From NCBI GenBank assembly GCA_031254335.1, contig JAIRUP010000011.1, positions 9,199 through 73,198 of the forward strand: DNA of 64,000 nt, written 5' to 3'. Under the pieces are notes generated by a model. That model had not been told where the DNA came from, searched no databases, and saw only the letters and a program-made list of their open reading frames with translations. Made by a program: the position numbers and the translations under genes. Below are positions 7,412-16,056 of the stretch, piece after piece. Source of the DNA: Rickettsiales bacterium. GTDB taxonomy: Bacteria > Pseudomonadota > Alphaproteobacteria > Rs-D84. Each line of letters starts with the position of its first letter. The first letter of the stretch is position 1.

Positions 7412-8464
7412 TTATTGCTCATAAAGGCTTTCCGTGTCAATAAGTTGTCCGCCGTAATACAATTCGAAATGCACATGCTGCGCGACATGGTTCCCGTAAT
7501 GCGGACGCACATCCTGCGTCGTTCCGATTACTTCGCCCGCGCCGACATGGTCGCCCACATTCAGGCCGTCCCGCGCGCGGACATAAAGCATGCGCGCCTG
7601 GCTGCCGTTGTCGTTCTGTATAACCACCTGCGCCAAACTCGGGTCGCTTGCATACACACGCGAAATTCGGACAATTCGGCCGCTGAAAAACGAGGGCATC
7701 GCCGTTCCGGGCGCGGGCGGACGGCCACCCGGCATTATGTCCGTTCCCGCATGGTCGCGGTTGCCGTGTCCGCGCCTTGCGCCGATATGTCCGTCGCCTC
7801 CGCCCCATTGCGGGCCGCGGATGGCTATATTAAATCTGCGGATGACTTCAAGCGCGACTTCGCGCGCGCCGCTGTTCCAAAGAGGGGTATTTTCTATTGG
7901 AACGACCTGCCGCCTTTGGCCCGGGCGCACCGTTATGGATTCGGGATGGAAGCGATTGCCTTGGCGCGTAGTCGGGCGCGTCGGCCTTGCCGCCGCCGGT
8001 CTTTCGACTTCCGGCGCGATTTCGGCCCGGATGTCCGGGACCGTTCCCGCCGTCATCGCGCTTTCTATAAATCCGTCCGGCAATCTTATGTCCCCGGACA
8101 AGCGCACCACGCGGCGCACATCCTCCGCCGGGACTTTTATGCGGCGGCAGGCGATTTCCTCGAAATCATGCGCCGTGCCGTAAAGCACCGCCATAAGCGG
8201 CCTGATAAACGACAGGACAACGAACATCAAGGTGAGGTTCCGCAAATTGTTCACGATATTCATTTTCGAGCCGCGAATCAGCGCAATCGCCCAGCCCGCA
8301 AGCAGCAGGCCCGCGATTATATAAAGCAAAACCTGGAATTCGCCTAGAAACTCGAAAACGCTATTGATAAAGCAGCCGCGGTCGCTTACGAAAAAATCGC
8401 CGCCCACGATTTCGGCTTGGACCCCGCTTTCCCATAAATGCTGCAAGATTTGGTCGTTCGTCAT
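7412..8464 (-). CDS. Membrane-anchored M23 family metallopeptidase
   Basis: 350 aa. Two hydrophobic helices near aa 45-95. C-terminal M23 motifs HAGTD and HVHFE. Confidence 0.8.
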   Translation of the reverse strand: MTNDQILQHLWESGVQAEIVGGDFFVSDRGCFINSVFEFLGEFQVLLYIIAGLLLAGWAIALIRGSKMNIVNNLRNLTLMFVVLSFIRPLMAVLYGTAHDFEEIACRRIKVPAEDVRRVVRLSGDIRLPDGFIESAMTAGTVPDIRAEIAPEVERPAAARPTRPTTRQGNRFHPESITVRPGQRRQVVPIENTPLWNSGAREVALEVIRRFNIAIRGPQWGGGDGHIGARRGHGNRDHAGTDIMPGGRPPAPGTAMPSFFSGRIVRISRVYASDPSLAQVVIQNDNGSQARMLYVRARDGLNVGDHVGAGEVIGTTQDVRPHYGNHVAQHVHFELYYGGQLIDTESLYEQ

Positions 8465-8486
8465 TTCCCTCTCTCGAAAAGACGGA

Positions 8487-9110
8487 TTAGATAAGGCCCT
8501 TCAACGCGTCCGGGAAATCGAACTTGTCGTCGTCGGCACCGTTGGCCGGGCCGCCCGCCCAGTCGAAAAGATTCGGGCCGCCCGGCTCCGCCTTGCCTTT
8601 TCGCCGCTTGGTTCTGAAAGGAATCACATTCAGCAGGTCGGACACGCCCTTCGCCGTTTTCTTTATCAGGCTTTCATTGATTTTCTCGAAGTCGTCGTCC
8701 GAAAGGCCGCCCATTTCCTCGGCCAGGTCATGCACAGACTGCGGGAATTCAGAGTCCGGCTCTTTCGCCGCCGATTTCACGACGGACGGCGCGGGTTCCG
8801 CTTCGGAAAGAGGGCTTATATCGCCCAAGATGTCTTCAAGGTCGTTGGAGACGGAGTCGGATTCGGCCGAGATTCCCCGGTCTTCGCTATCGCTTCGCCG
8901 TGGAATGACATTATTTAATTTGCTTAATTTGCCTATTATCGGTTTGGATTCGGCGACCGGGATTTGGGCTTGGTCCACGGGAATTCCGAACAGAATCGTG
9001 TCCCGGGGCAATTTAAGGGCCGCGCGGACATCGTCAAGGGCGCGCTGTATATCGGCCGGCTCGAATCCTTCGCCGCAAGAAATATACACTACCTGAGCCT
9101 TCATTCCCAT
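8487..9110 (-). CDS. Acidic hypothetical protein (likely start at ATG 9104)
   Basis: 207 aa. Small N-terminal domain, then a Ser/Asp/Glu-rich, probably disordered region. TGTGATATAAT promoter and GGGGA Shine-Dalgarno upstream. First gene of a minus-strand cluster. Confidence 0.55.
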   Translation of the reverse strand: MGMKAQVVYISCGEGFEPADIQRALDDVRAALKLPRDTILFGIPVDQAQIPVAESKPIIGKLSKLNNVIPRRSDSEDRGISAESDSVSNDLEDILGDISPLSEAEPAPSVVKSAAKEPDSEFPQSVHDLAEEMGGLSDDDFEKINESLIKKTAKGVSDLLNVIPFRTKRRKGKAEPGGPNLFDWAGGPANGADDDKFDFPDALKGLI

Positions 9111-9180
9111 TTCCCCTTATTTCAGACATTATATCACATTTGGGTTGACTTGCTAATCAATTTTTTTGCAAATTATAGGC

Positions 9181-9402
9181 ATGCAGGATACAAAACAGGA
9201 AATCTTCAAGGAACTTGACAGGCTGGAAGACGCCGCCGCGGCCCTTCTTGACGCCAAAAGGAATTCCGGCCGCCAGACCGACCTTGAAACCGCAATCCTT
9301 ACCCGGCAGGTTCAGTCGCTTTCCGCCGCTTCCGAGCGCGCCAATTCCTATATCAATGAAGCCGTTTCGATTCTTAAAAAGCTGAAAAAGGCGAAGCAAT
9401 GA
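9181..9402 (+). CDS. Small coiled-coil protein upstream of zapA (DUF4164/ZapB-like)
   Basis: About 73 aa from ATG 9181 (track ORF starts at TTG 9166). Heptad-like charged sequence. Stop overlaps the zapA start. Confidence 0.5.
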   Translation: MQDTKQEIFKELDRLEDAAAALLDAKRNSGRQTDLETAILTRQVQSLSAASERANSYINEAVSILKKLKKAKQ

Positions 9403-9686
9403 GCACCGTGGCACTTAAAATCGTCAATCAAAATTATGTCATCGGGTGCGAGGACGGACAGGAAACGCGCCTTCACGCGCTGGCCCGCGTCGTCGATTCC
9501 AAGGCGCGCGAAATCCTGAAACAGGTCGGACCGCTGCCGGAAGACACCCTTTTGGCGACGACCTGCATCGTTCTGGCGGACGAGCTTTCGGGGCGCGCCG
9601 AAGGCGGCGTCAGCGACGAAGACATCGAACAGATTCTAAAACGCATAAAGCAAATCACAAAAAAGCTGAGTCAGGGAGGCAAATAA
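9399..9686 (+). CDS. zapA: Cell division protein ZapA
   Basis: 95 aa. KIVNQNYVIGCEDGQE..L..LA..VD pattern typical of ZapA. Confidence 0.7.
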   Translation: MSTVALKIVNQNYVIGCEDGQETRLHALARVVDSKAREILKQVGPLPEDTLLATTCIVLADELSGRAEGGVSDEDIEQILKRIKQITKKLSQGGK

Positions 9687-9687
9687 A

Positions 9688-10059
9688 ATGATTATAGGCT
9701 TGGGAAACGACATCGCCGTATGCAGCCGTTTTTTGGAATGGACCGACTTCAAGAAGGGCCGGATTTTCACAAAGAAAGAGATGGAGCACGCCGCGCAGGA
9801 CAACTGCAACGAAGAGAAACATCTGGCGAAATTCTGGGCCGCGCGCGAGGCTTTCGTAAAGGCCCTTGGCACCGGGTTCGACGACGGCATCGCCTTCACG
9901 GATGTGTCGGTGCTTCATGACGAGCGCGGCGCGCCCGAGCTGCTGATTGCGGGAGAGGCGAAAAAGATTCTGGCCGCGAAATCGAAGGACGCGAAAGTTT
10001 ATCTGTCCCTTTCCGACGACGGCGACTATGCGCTGGCCACGGTTATTATAGAAGGGTGA
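9688..10059 (+). CDS. acpS: Holo-[acyl-carrier-protein] synthase
   Basis: 123 aa. The MIIGLGNDI N-terminus, WAAREAFVKALGTG and SLSDDGDYA motifs match AcpS. Confidence 0.85.
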   Translation: MIIGLGNDIAVCSRFLEWTDFKKGRIFTKKEMEHAAQDNCNEEKHLAKFWAAREAFVKALGTGFDDGIAFTDVSVLHDERGAPELLIAGEAKKILAAKSKDAKVYLSLSDDGDYALATVIIEG

Positions 10060-10061
10060 TA

Positions 10062-10090
10062 AAAAATAAAGGCCAATATTTTTTGAGTTC
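10062..10090. terminator. A/T hairpin AAAAAATA-loop-TATTTTTT between convergent genes
   Basis: Its arms match the outermost arms of the 150-nt hairpin elements (aaaaaatat...atatttttt gag) but have no interior. Confidence 0.4.
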
Positions 10091-10093
10091 TCA

Positions 10094-10813
10094 TTATCTT
10101 GCGAGCGTCCGCCTGAAGTTCAATATTTCCAACGCCTCGTCGTTCGAGATTTTCCTTTCGTATTCAAGGTGCGGCGACCAGTAGTCGCGGAAGACGCGGG
10201 TTATATAATGCTCGCCAACCTTGTCGAATTCGCCGTATCCGTTGCGCGCGTATTCCGACGCGAAGCCCGCGATTATTTCGCGCTTCGATTCATAAGTGCA
10301 TTCGTTCTCCGCGCCGTCGTGATACTTGAAGTCGACGATATACGGCTTGTTCGCAAGAGTCCCGAACCGGACGCTGTGCAATCCGCGGTTCACAACTATG
10401 TTCCGCCATTCGTATGTCCGCCGCATCCACAGCGGGTCGATGTTCAGAATGTCCAAAGTTTCCTTGTCCATGGAAACCGCTTCCGCGCCGATATATTTCA
10501 TAAGGCCGACTTCGCCGGGCTTGGCGTCGCGCTCGACCAGATTCACCTTTGCGCCGGCGCGCAAATGCAAATCCAACATGAACGGGTATCTGTCCATAAA
10601 CGGATGCGCGGTTTCCGGCAATTCGCCCAAGCCGTTGTCGCAAACGACGGCCAGCGGTTCTTTCATGTAGCCCTTGCATTCCGGGATGAAAGGATAGACA
10701 GGCCCGTCGGTTTTTATATATGAACGAACCAAATCCATCATCGGATTTTTCCTGCCGCCGAACCCAAGTCCAAACCAGCCGCCGTGTTTGCGCCCATCAA
10801 TGAATATCGGCAT
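10094..10813 (-). CDS. Hypothetical protein (no recognisable family)
   Basis: 239-aa ORF with normal composition. The opposite-strand ORFs are Arg-rich shadows. Sits 3 nt downstream of ORF 10817..11053. Confidence 0.6.
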   Translation of the reverse strand: MPIFIDGRKHGGWFGLGFGGRKNPMMDLVRSYIKTDGPVYPFIPECKGYMKEPLAVVCDNGLGELPETAHPFMDRYPFMLDLHLRAGAKVNLVERDAKPGEVGLMKYIGAEAVSMDKETLDILNIDPLWMRRTYEWRNIVVNRGLHSVRFGTLANKPYIVDFKYHDGAENECTYESKREIIAGFASEYARNGYGEFDKVGEHYITRVFRDYWSPHLEYERKISNDEALEILNFRRTLAR

Positions 10814-10816
10814 TCT

Positions 10817-11053
10817 TCACCGTCCCCGGCGCGCGGCAAATTCTTCCGTGAAATGCTGCGTCCACCATTTGTGGGAAGACTCCGCGAGCTCTTTGGTGCA
10901 GTGTCCGAATTTTTTTATGGTTCCAAATTCCATGCGCTTGAAATTATAAGGCAGTTTCACGCCGAACAGCTCGCCGTCCGGGTCGTGTTCGATGGGACCA
11001 AGCCGCGCGGCCAGATATTCCTGCAATGTGGGTTTCTTGAATATATTGAACAT
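10817..11053 (-). CDS. Small hypothetical protein, first gene of a two-gene unit
   Basis: 78-aa ORF, tightly coupled to 10094..10813. Confidence 0.5.
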   Translation of the reverse strand: MFNIFKKPTLQEYLAARLGPIEHDPDGELFGVKLPYNFKRMEFGTIKKFGHCTKELAESSHKWWTQHFTEEFAARRGR

Positions 11054-11111
11054 GTCTGTATCCTTTGGTTTCTTAACTGGAATATAACATAGGTTTTTGT
11101 TTTGTCAAGCA

Positions 11112-11135
11112 TATTATTCTTAATTCGGAATAATA
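11112..11135. promoter_or_regulatory. Inverted repeat TATTATTC-N8-GAATAATA in a divergent promoter region (candidate operator)
   Basis: Read directly, between the divergent genes 10817..11053 (-) and 11177..12445 (+, HTH N-terminus). Confidence 0.35.
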
Positions 11136-11176
11136 CAGCCTATAAATTGAGAAAATACTTGATTTTTCAGTGAAAA

Positions 11177-12445
11177 ATGCTTAGTATTGTTCTTAAAAAG
11201 GAAGAAGCGGTGCAGTTTATGGATGTTTTGACGGCGGCCAAAAAGTGGAGCCTTACCGAGCGGCGCGTTATCGCCTTGCTTCGCGCGGGGCGCGTCAAGG
11301 GCGCGGTCAAGAACGGACACAGCTGGCAGATTCCGTCCGACGCGGTCAAGCCATACGACAAGCGCGCCAAATATTCCAGATATGAAAAGCCCGCGCGCCG
11401 CAGCGTCGTCGCCGGAATCGACACCGACATCGGCCGCGACTTGGCCGCCATTCTTACCGACAATAATTTCGAGGTCATCGGATTCAAGCGCGCCGAATGC
11501 GCGGACGCGAAATCCGCAGCCGCCAAATGCGCCGCGATAAACGGCTTTATCGACGGCTTCGCATTCGTGAATTTGGACTCCGGCGCGGACATCGCCCAAT
11601 CCCTTGTGCGCGACATACTGCCCGCGCACGCGATGGCAGAGGGGCTTATCGATAAAATGAATTACCAATCCGGCATGGTTCTTATCAATTCCGCCGCGTC
11701 CCCCGCGCGCGCCGCGCACGAAGACATCGTAAAATCATGGGCGCCGAAACTTGCCCAGATTGCCGGCACGCGAATCAATTCCCTTACCATAACCGGCGGC
11801 GCGGCGGGCGCGGGCGACACATTGTATATGTCGCGCGAAATCGCGGACGAAGCCTTTCTGCTGATGACGCGGCATTCGCGCACCACGGGTTCCTCCGTCT
11901 TTTCCGACGGCGGCGCGATTGCAATCGACAAGTCCGGCCAAAGCGAGGACCTGGACAACGGCCAGCTTTACGCATGGATTCACAAGTCCTTTTCCGACAT
12001 CAAACCGGGCGGCCATGTTTGGGCAATATCGACCATGATGGACAACGAATGGACCGACGACGCGATGGAACGCCAATTCAAGCGGGACAATCTGGACGCC
12101 GTCCAACGCGGCGTCAAACTTACCCGCATTTTCATATTCAGCCGAAAAAACGCCCGCCGCTTCAAGGACAATCCGAACATCGTCGTGTATATTACGAACG
12201 CGAAGGCCGAGACTTTGTTCGTCGATATGGACGAGCTGCGCAAAAAGCATTATTCGCTGCTGCGCGAAATCGGCGACGGATGGATTGCCTTCGGCGACGA
12301 CAGGCTGTTCATGGACATAATCGGCTGGGAATACGGCAGGCCGCGCGCCTACCTTACCATCGACAAGAAGACCATCGCGGCCAAGAAAAAAATCTTCGCA
12401 GAGCTTAAAAAACTTTCCGTCCCGCTGAAAACGGTTGTGAAATAA
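11177..12445 (+). CDS. HTH (excisionase/MerR-like) - Rossmann-like - unknown C-terminal domain fusion protein
   Basis: 422 aa. N-terminus LTAAKKWSLTERRVIALLRAGRVKGAVKNGHSWQIP looks like a HTH_17-type DNA-binding domain. VVAGIDTDIGRDLA is an SDR-like glycine motif. The C-terminal 150 aa is unassigned. An alternative start is ATG 11219. Confidence 0.6.
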   Translation: MLSIVLKKEEAVQFMDVLTAAKKWSLTERRVIALLRAGRVKGAVKNGHSWQIPSDAVKPYDKRAKYSRYEKPARRSVVAGIDTDIGRDLAAILTDNNFEVIGFKRAECADAKSAAAKCAAINGFIDGFAFVNLDSGADIAQSLVRDILPAHAMAEGLIDKMNYQSGMVLINSAASPARAAHEDIVKSWAPKLAQIAGTRINSLTITGGAAGAGDTLYMSREIADEAFLLMTRHSRTTGSSVFSDGGAIAIDKSGQSEDLDNGQLYAWIHKSFSDIKPGGHVWAISTMMDNEWTDDAMERQFKRDNLDAVQRGVKLTRIFIFSRKNARRFKDNPNIVVYITNAKAETLFVDMDELRKKHYSLLREIGDGWIAFGDDRLFMDIIGWEYGRPRAYLTIDKKTIAAKKKIFAELKKLSVPLKTVVK

Positions 12446-12449
12446 TTGC

Positions 12450-12469
12450 ATTTGGTGGATGGTGAGGGA
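12450..12469 (-). repeat. Duplicated 3-prime fragment of tRNA-Val (att-like direct repeat)
   Basis: atttggtggatggtgaggga is identical to 12627..12646, which covers the CCA end, the acceptor 3-prime strand and part of the T arm of the intact tRNA. Confidence 0.75.
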
Positions 12470-12629
12470 TTGGCTCGACCTTAGGCCTGCGCCGCATTCG
12501 TTCGCGCTCGAACTTCGCAAGCTCGTTCTCGCTGACTCATTGTCGAACCCCTCGCCGCTTCGCGGCTCATGGGGTTCTCGAAACCCACATATTCACCAAA
12601 TTTCCATAACCGCAAGGGTTATTGAAATT

Positions 12630-12705
12630 TGGTGGATGGTGAGGGACTCGAACCCCCGACCCTTTCGATGTAAACGAAACGCTCTACCAACTGAGCTAAC
12701 CATCC
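12630..12705 (-). tRNA. tRNA-Val (anticodon UAC), CCA encoded
   Basis: Reverse complement GGATGGTTAGCTCAGTTGGTAGAGCGTTTCGTTTACATCGAAAGGGTCGGGGGTTCGAGTCCCTCACCATCCACCA folds as a cloverleaf: 7-bp acceptor stem, anticodon loop TTTACAT, TTCGAGT T-loop. Confidence 0.9.
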
Positions 12706-12755
12706 GGTCGGCTTATTTTACTGGAATTTTCGGAAAAGTCAAATATACTTGCGGA

Positions 12756-14027
12756 ATGTTCGATAATAACGACACCATTTTCGCTTTGTCTTCCGGGAAT
12801 CCCCCGGCGGGCGTCGCCGTCACAAGGATTTCGGGAAGCGGGTTGGAAAAATTATTTTCCGATTTGACGGGAATCGCCGAACCGGCGGCGCGCCATTTGT
12901 ATCTTGTGAAAATTCCGAATGCGGACGATGTTCTGGCCGTGTATTTCAAGGCTCCGAATTCCTTTACGGGCGAGGATGTCATCGAGATTCATTCGCACGG
13001 TTCCGACGCCGTGATTCAGAAAATATTCGCGCTTCTTAAAACACGCGGCGCGCGTTTGGCAGAGCGCGGCGAATTTTCCGCGCGCGCTTTCCTTAACGGC
13101 AAAATGGATTTGCAGCAAGTCGACGGCTTGGCCGATTTGATTCACGCCAAGACCGAGCAACAACGGATTCAGGCATTCGCGGCATACACGGGCGAGGGTT
13201 CCCGCCTGTATCATTCCTGGCGCGCGCGCTTGGTCAATGCGACCGCCAACCTTGCCGCCGCCGCGGAATTTCCCGAGGACGAATTGCCGGGAGGATTGGT
13301 CGCCGGCGCGCTTAAAGAAATTCGCGCGCTCGCCGACGAAATCCTTAAACATCTTGGGACATACGCTGCCGGCCGCGCCATCAGGTCGGGATTCCGCATA
13401 GTTCTCGCGGGAAAGGTGAACGCCGGAAAGTCCAGCATGTTCAACGCTTTGCTTGGAAGCTCCCGCGCCATTGTTTCCGAAACCCCGGGCACCACGCGCG
13501 ATTTCATAACGGCAGAAATCGACATCGGCGGGTATTTGGTGGAACTGATTGACACGGCGGGACTCCGCGAAACCGAGAATGAAATCGAGAATGCGGGAAT
13601 AGAAAAATCGCGCGATTTGATAACAGGGGCGGACCTTGTGATAAGCGTCATCAATCCAAAGGATGAGATACCGGGTCGCGGCTTCGCCTTGCCCGGTATG
13701 ACAGTGAAGACACACTTGGATTTGTATTCGGACGCCGATGTGTCCGTCAAGACCGGGCAGGGTATGGAAGATTTTATTTCCAGGATTAAAAACGAAATAA
13801 AAGGCAAATTGGAAACGCGCGAGCCCGCCGTCGTTTCAAATGAAAAGACCGCCGAGCTGCTGCGCGCCGCCGCCGATTATTTGCGCGCCGCCTTGGCGGA
13901 ACCGGTGCCGGAGCTTGCCGCGGAGAATGTCCGCCTTGCGGCGGATGCGCTTGGAAAAGTTCTTGGCGAAGTCGATTTCGACGAGATTCAGTCCGCGATT
14001 TTCGGGCGTTTGTGCTTGGGGAAATAA
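12756..14027 (+). CDS. mnmE: tRNA modification GTPase MnmE
   Basis: Starts at MFDNNDTIFALSS. Has GKVNAGKSS (G1), DTAGLRE (G3) and the C-terminal CLGK. The upstream part of track ORF 12459.. runs through the tRNA and is an artefact. Confidence 0.9.
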   Translation: MFDNNDTIFALSSGNPPAGVAVTRISGSGLEKLFSDLTGIAEPAARHLYLVKIPNADDVLAVYFKAPNSFTGEDVIEIHSHGSDAVIQKIFALLKTRGARLAERGEFSARAFLNGKMDLQQVDGLADLIHAKTEQQRIQAFAAYTGEGSRLYHSWRARLVNATANLAAAAEFPEDELPGGLVAGALKEIRALADEILKHLGTYAAGRAIRSGFRIVLAGKVNAGKSSMFNALLGSSRAIVSETPGTTRDFITAEIDIGGYLVELIDTAGLRETENEIENAGIEKSRDLITGADLVISVINPKDEIPGRGFALPGMTVKTHLDLYSDADVSVKTGQGMEDFISRIKNEIKGKLETREPAVVSNEKTAELLRAAADYLRAALAEPVPELAAENVRLAADALGKVLGEVDFDEIQSAIFGRLCLGK

Positions 14028-14096
14028 ACCCAGGAATTCATACAAATAAACATGGCGCGACTGTTTTCTTATACTCCTTGAAAACAGGAGGGAAAA

Positions 14097-14333
14097 ATGA
14101 CTCACAAAGATGTTTGGGACATGATTGAAATGATGGCCGTGAAACACGGCAAGACCGTTTCGGGACTTGCGCGCTGCGCGGGCCTGGACGCGACGACATT
14201 CAACCGCAGCAAACGGTTCACCAAGCAGGGACAGGAACGCTGGCCGTCGACGCACAGCATTTCCAAAATCATGATTGCGACGAACTGCTCATTAATGGAC
14301 TTGATGAAGATTTACTTCAAGTTGAAAAAATAA
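14097..14333 (+). CDS. Small HTH (XRE/phage-repressor-like) transcriptional regulator
   Basis: 78 aa. MTHKDVWDMIEMMAVKHGKTVSGLARCAGLDATTFNRSKR pattern. Paralog at 50689..50952. Confidence 0.65.
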   Translation: MTHKDVWDMIEMMAVKHGKTVSGLARCAGLDATTFNRSKRFTKQGQERWPSTHSISKIMIATNCSLMDLMKIYFKLKK

Positions 14334-14373
14334 GCGCATTGACAGGCCGGTTCGCGTCGTCTAACATATTCGC

Positions 14374-14988
14374 ATGACAGAATTCTTGGATATTTACGAC
14401 GCGAACGGAAATTCAATCGGGCAGGCCGACCGGGTTGTGGCGCACGCTTTCGGGCTTTGGCACAAGACCGTCCATTGCTGGATTGTTTGGGACGGCAAGC
14501 TGGTTTTCCAGCGGCGCGGCGGCCGGGTCGGCGTGCGGCGCGACAACCTTTACACCACCGCAAGCGGGCATATCGCGGCCGGTGAAACCGTCGCGCAGGC
14601 CTTCGCGCGCGAAGCTCATCAGGAAATCGGAATCCTTGTGCGCGAGCCGAAATTCCTCGATGAATTCGTTTGGGTGAAAGACATGAAGAAGGCCGACGGC
14701 AGCGTCGTCCGCGACCGCGCTTTTTCCAATGTGTTCTGGGCGCGCTGGGACGGCGCGCTTGAAGACTTCAAGTTCAACGACGGAGAGGTTCATTCCGTCG
14801 TCGCAATCGATTTGGAAAAATTCATAGAATGGTCGCGCGCGGCGGCGGGCGAAATTTCCGGCGTGGAATGGGACGGGAAGACCGTGCGCAAAGTCAAAGT
14901 CGCGGCGGAAGATTTCCTGCTTAACGAAGGCGAAACAATCCATCGCAAATACGGCAATGTCGCCGATATGATAAAGGCCGCAAAATGA
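14374..14988 (+). CDS. NUDIX hydrolase
   Basis: Nudix box GHIAAGETVAQAFAREAHQEIGI. Confidence 0.85.
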   Translation: MTEFLDIYDANGNSIGQADRVVAHAFGLWHKTVHCWIVWDGKLVFQRRGGRVGVRRDNLYTTASGHIAAGETVAQAFAREAHQEIGILVREPKFLDEFVWVKDMKKADGSVVRDRAFSNVFWARWDGALEDFKFNDGEVHSVVAIDLEKFIEWSRAAAGEISGVEWDGKTVRKVKVAAEDFLLNEGETIHRKYGNVADMIKAAK

Positions 14989-15545
14989 AAGAGCTTTACA
15001 AGCTGGTGGAAGAGCAATCCAAGCATTACGACAAATATGAGAAAGTCTTCGAGGGGCAGACTTGGAAATACCACCTTAAACCCGTAATCGACAATGCGGT
15101 CAAGTTCGCCAAAGAGCGCGGAGGCGACGCCGAAGTCGTGGAAATCGCCGCGCTGTTCCACGACTGGGCGAATCTTGTGGATTTCGAGAAATACAGCGAG
15201 GTTCATCACATCGCCGGCGGCGATTTGGCCGAACCCATTCTCTTGCAAGCCGGTTATTCCCGGGACTTTATAGACAAAGTCAAAAAGTGCATTTTCGCCC
15301 ATCGCGGAAGCGTCGCGAAGAAAAAGGAATCCATAGAGGAAACATGCCTTGCGGACGCCGACGCAATCGCGCATATAGAGAATCTGTTCCAAATGATAAT
15401 GTGGATGGGACAATGCGGGCGGCCGATAGAAGAGGCGAACGAATTCCTTAAAGGCAAAATCACGCGCGATTTCGCTAAATTAAGCGACGCGGGCAAGGAT
15501 TATATCCGCGATAAATACGAAGCCGCGATGAAGATTTTTTATTGA
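14985..15545 (+). CDS. HD domain protein
   Basis: 186 aa. AALFHDWAN (HD motif) and a later H..D cluster. Start overlaps the Nudix stop. Confidence 0.7.
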   Translation: MKELYKLVEEQSKHYDKYEKVFEGQTWKYHLKPVIDNAVKFAKERGGDAEVVEIAALFHDWANLVDFEKYSEVHHIAGGDLAEPILLQAGYSRDFIDKVKKCIFAHRGSVAKKKESIEETCLADADAIAHIENLFQMIMWMGQCGRPIEEANEFLKGKITRDFAKLSDAGKDYIRDKYEAAMKIFY

Positions 15546-16050
15546 GGGTTGGGGCTGTCAAATCTGACCAGGGGCGATGGATTCGCGATTGAATCCGCCA
15601 TGTGCTTCAAGGCCGCCGGGTCTTTCGAGAACTTGTTGCACGCAACATAGCACGGACGCTCATGGATGTTCAGATTCGGATCATTTACGCAGGCACTAAT
15701 GCATGCGCCCATTCCCGGTCCGGGATTGTCTTCGCAGAATACGCTGCCGCAATAATATGTCCTATCATGTCCTGTTAGTTGTCCGGCATATACCATGAGG
15801 CCGCCGTATTGATTGAACTGTCCCGTCGCGCCGTCTTCGCGCTTCAATCTGCAAAAGCAGTTGTAGCCGCTTTTGTCATTTCCGCCTTCAAGACGGACAA
15901 TTATATGCTGGATACCGTATTTCGCGCCGTTATAAGTTATGTCGTATTCTCTTAATTCATAGGTGGCGAGGGCGGGGGACGATATTACGATTAGCGCGCA
16001 AACGCGCAGAAATCTAGAGAGAGAGAGAGTTGTAGGTTTGTATTCTTCAT
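15539..16050 (-). CDS. Cys-rich secreted protein, family member B (body frame 15539..16015; upstream ATG 16050 out of frame across (CT)7)
   Basis: The track ORF starts at TTG 15847, but the frame is open upstream through GYNCFC (family motif) and the signal-peptide-like RFLRVCALIVISSPALA to the repeat. ATG 16050 is 35 nt (21+14) from that frame. Confidence 0.6.
16016..16029. repeat. (AG)7 = (CT)7 dinucleotide tract in the coding sense of gene B
   Basis: Read directly: tct(ag)7ttg. The + ORF 15963..16259 translates it as ERER. Confidence 0.95.
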
Positions 16051-16056
16051 ATAAGG

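Noticed and set aside
10094-11053. Toxin-antitoxin pair (small ORF followed by a larger ORF)
   Set aside because: No recognisable toxin or antitoxin motifs are present, and the sizes (78 and 239 aa) and order are not diagnostic. It is left as hypothetical.
12450-12705. Integrated prophage or genomic island at tRNA-Val
   Set aside because: The att-like repeats are only 177 bp apart, and no integrase, excisionase or phage gene lies nearby. Only a scar or mini-element can be claimed.
12459-12755. N-terminal 99-codon extension of the mnmE track ORF
   Set aside because: It reads through the tRNA-Val gene and its duplicated fragment. MnmE homology begins at MFDNNDTIFALSS (ATG 12756).
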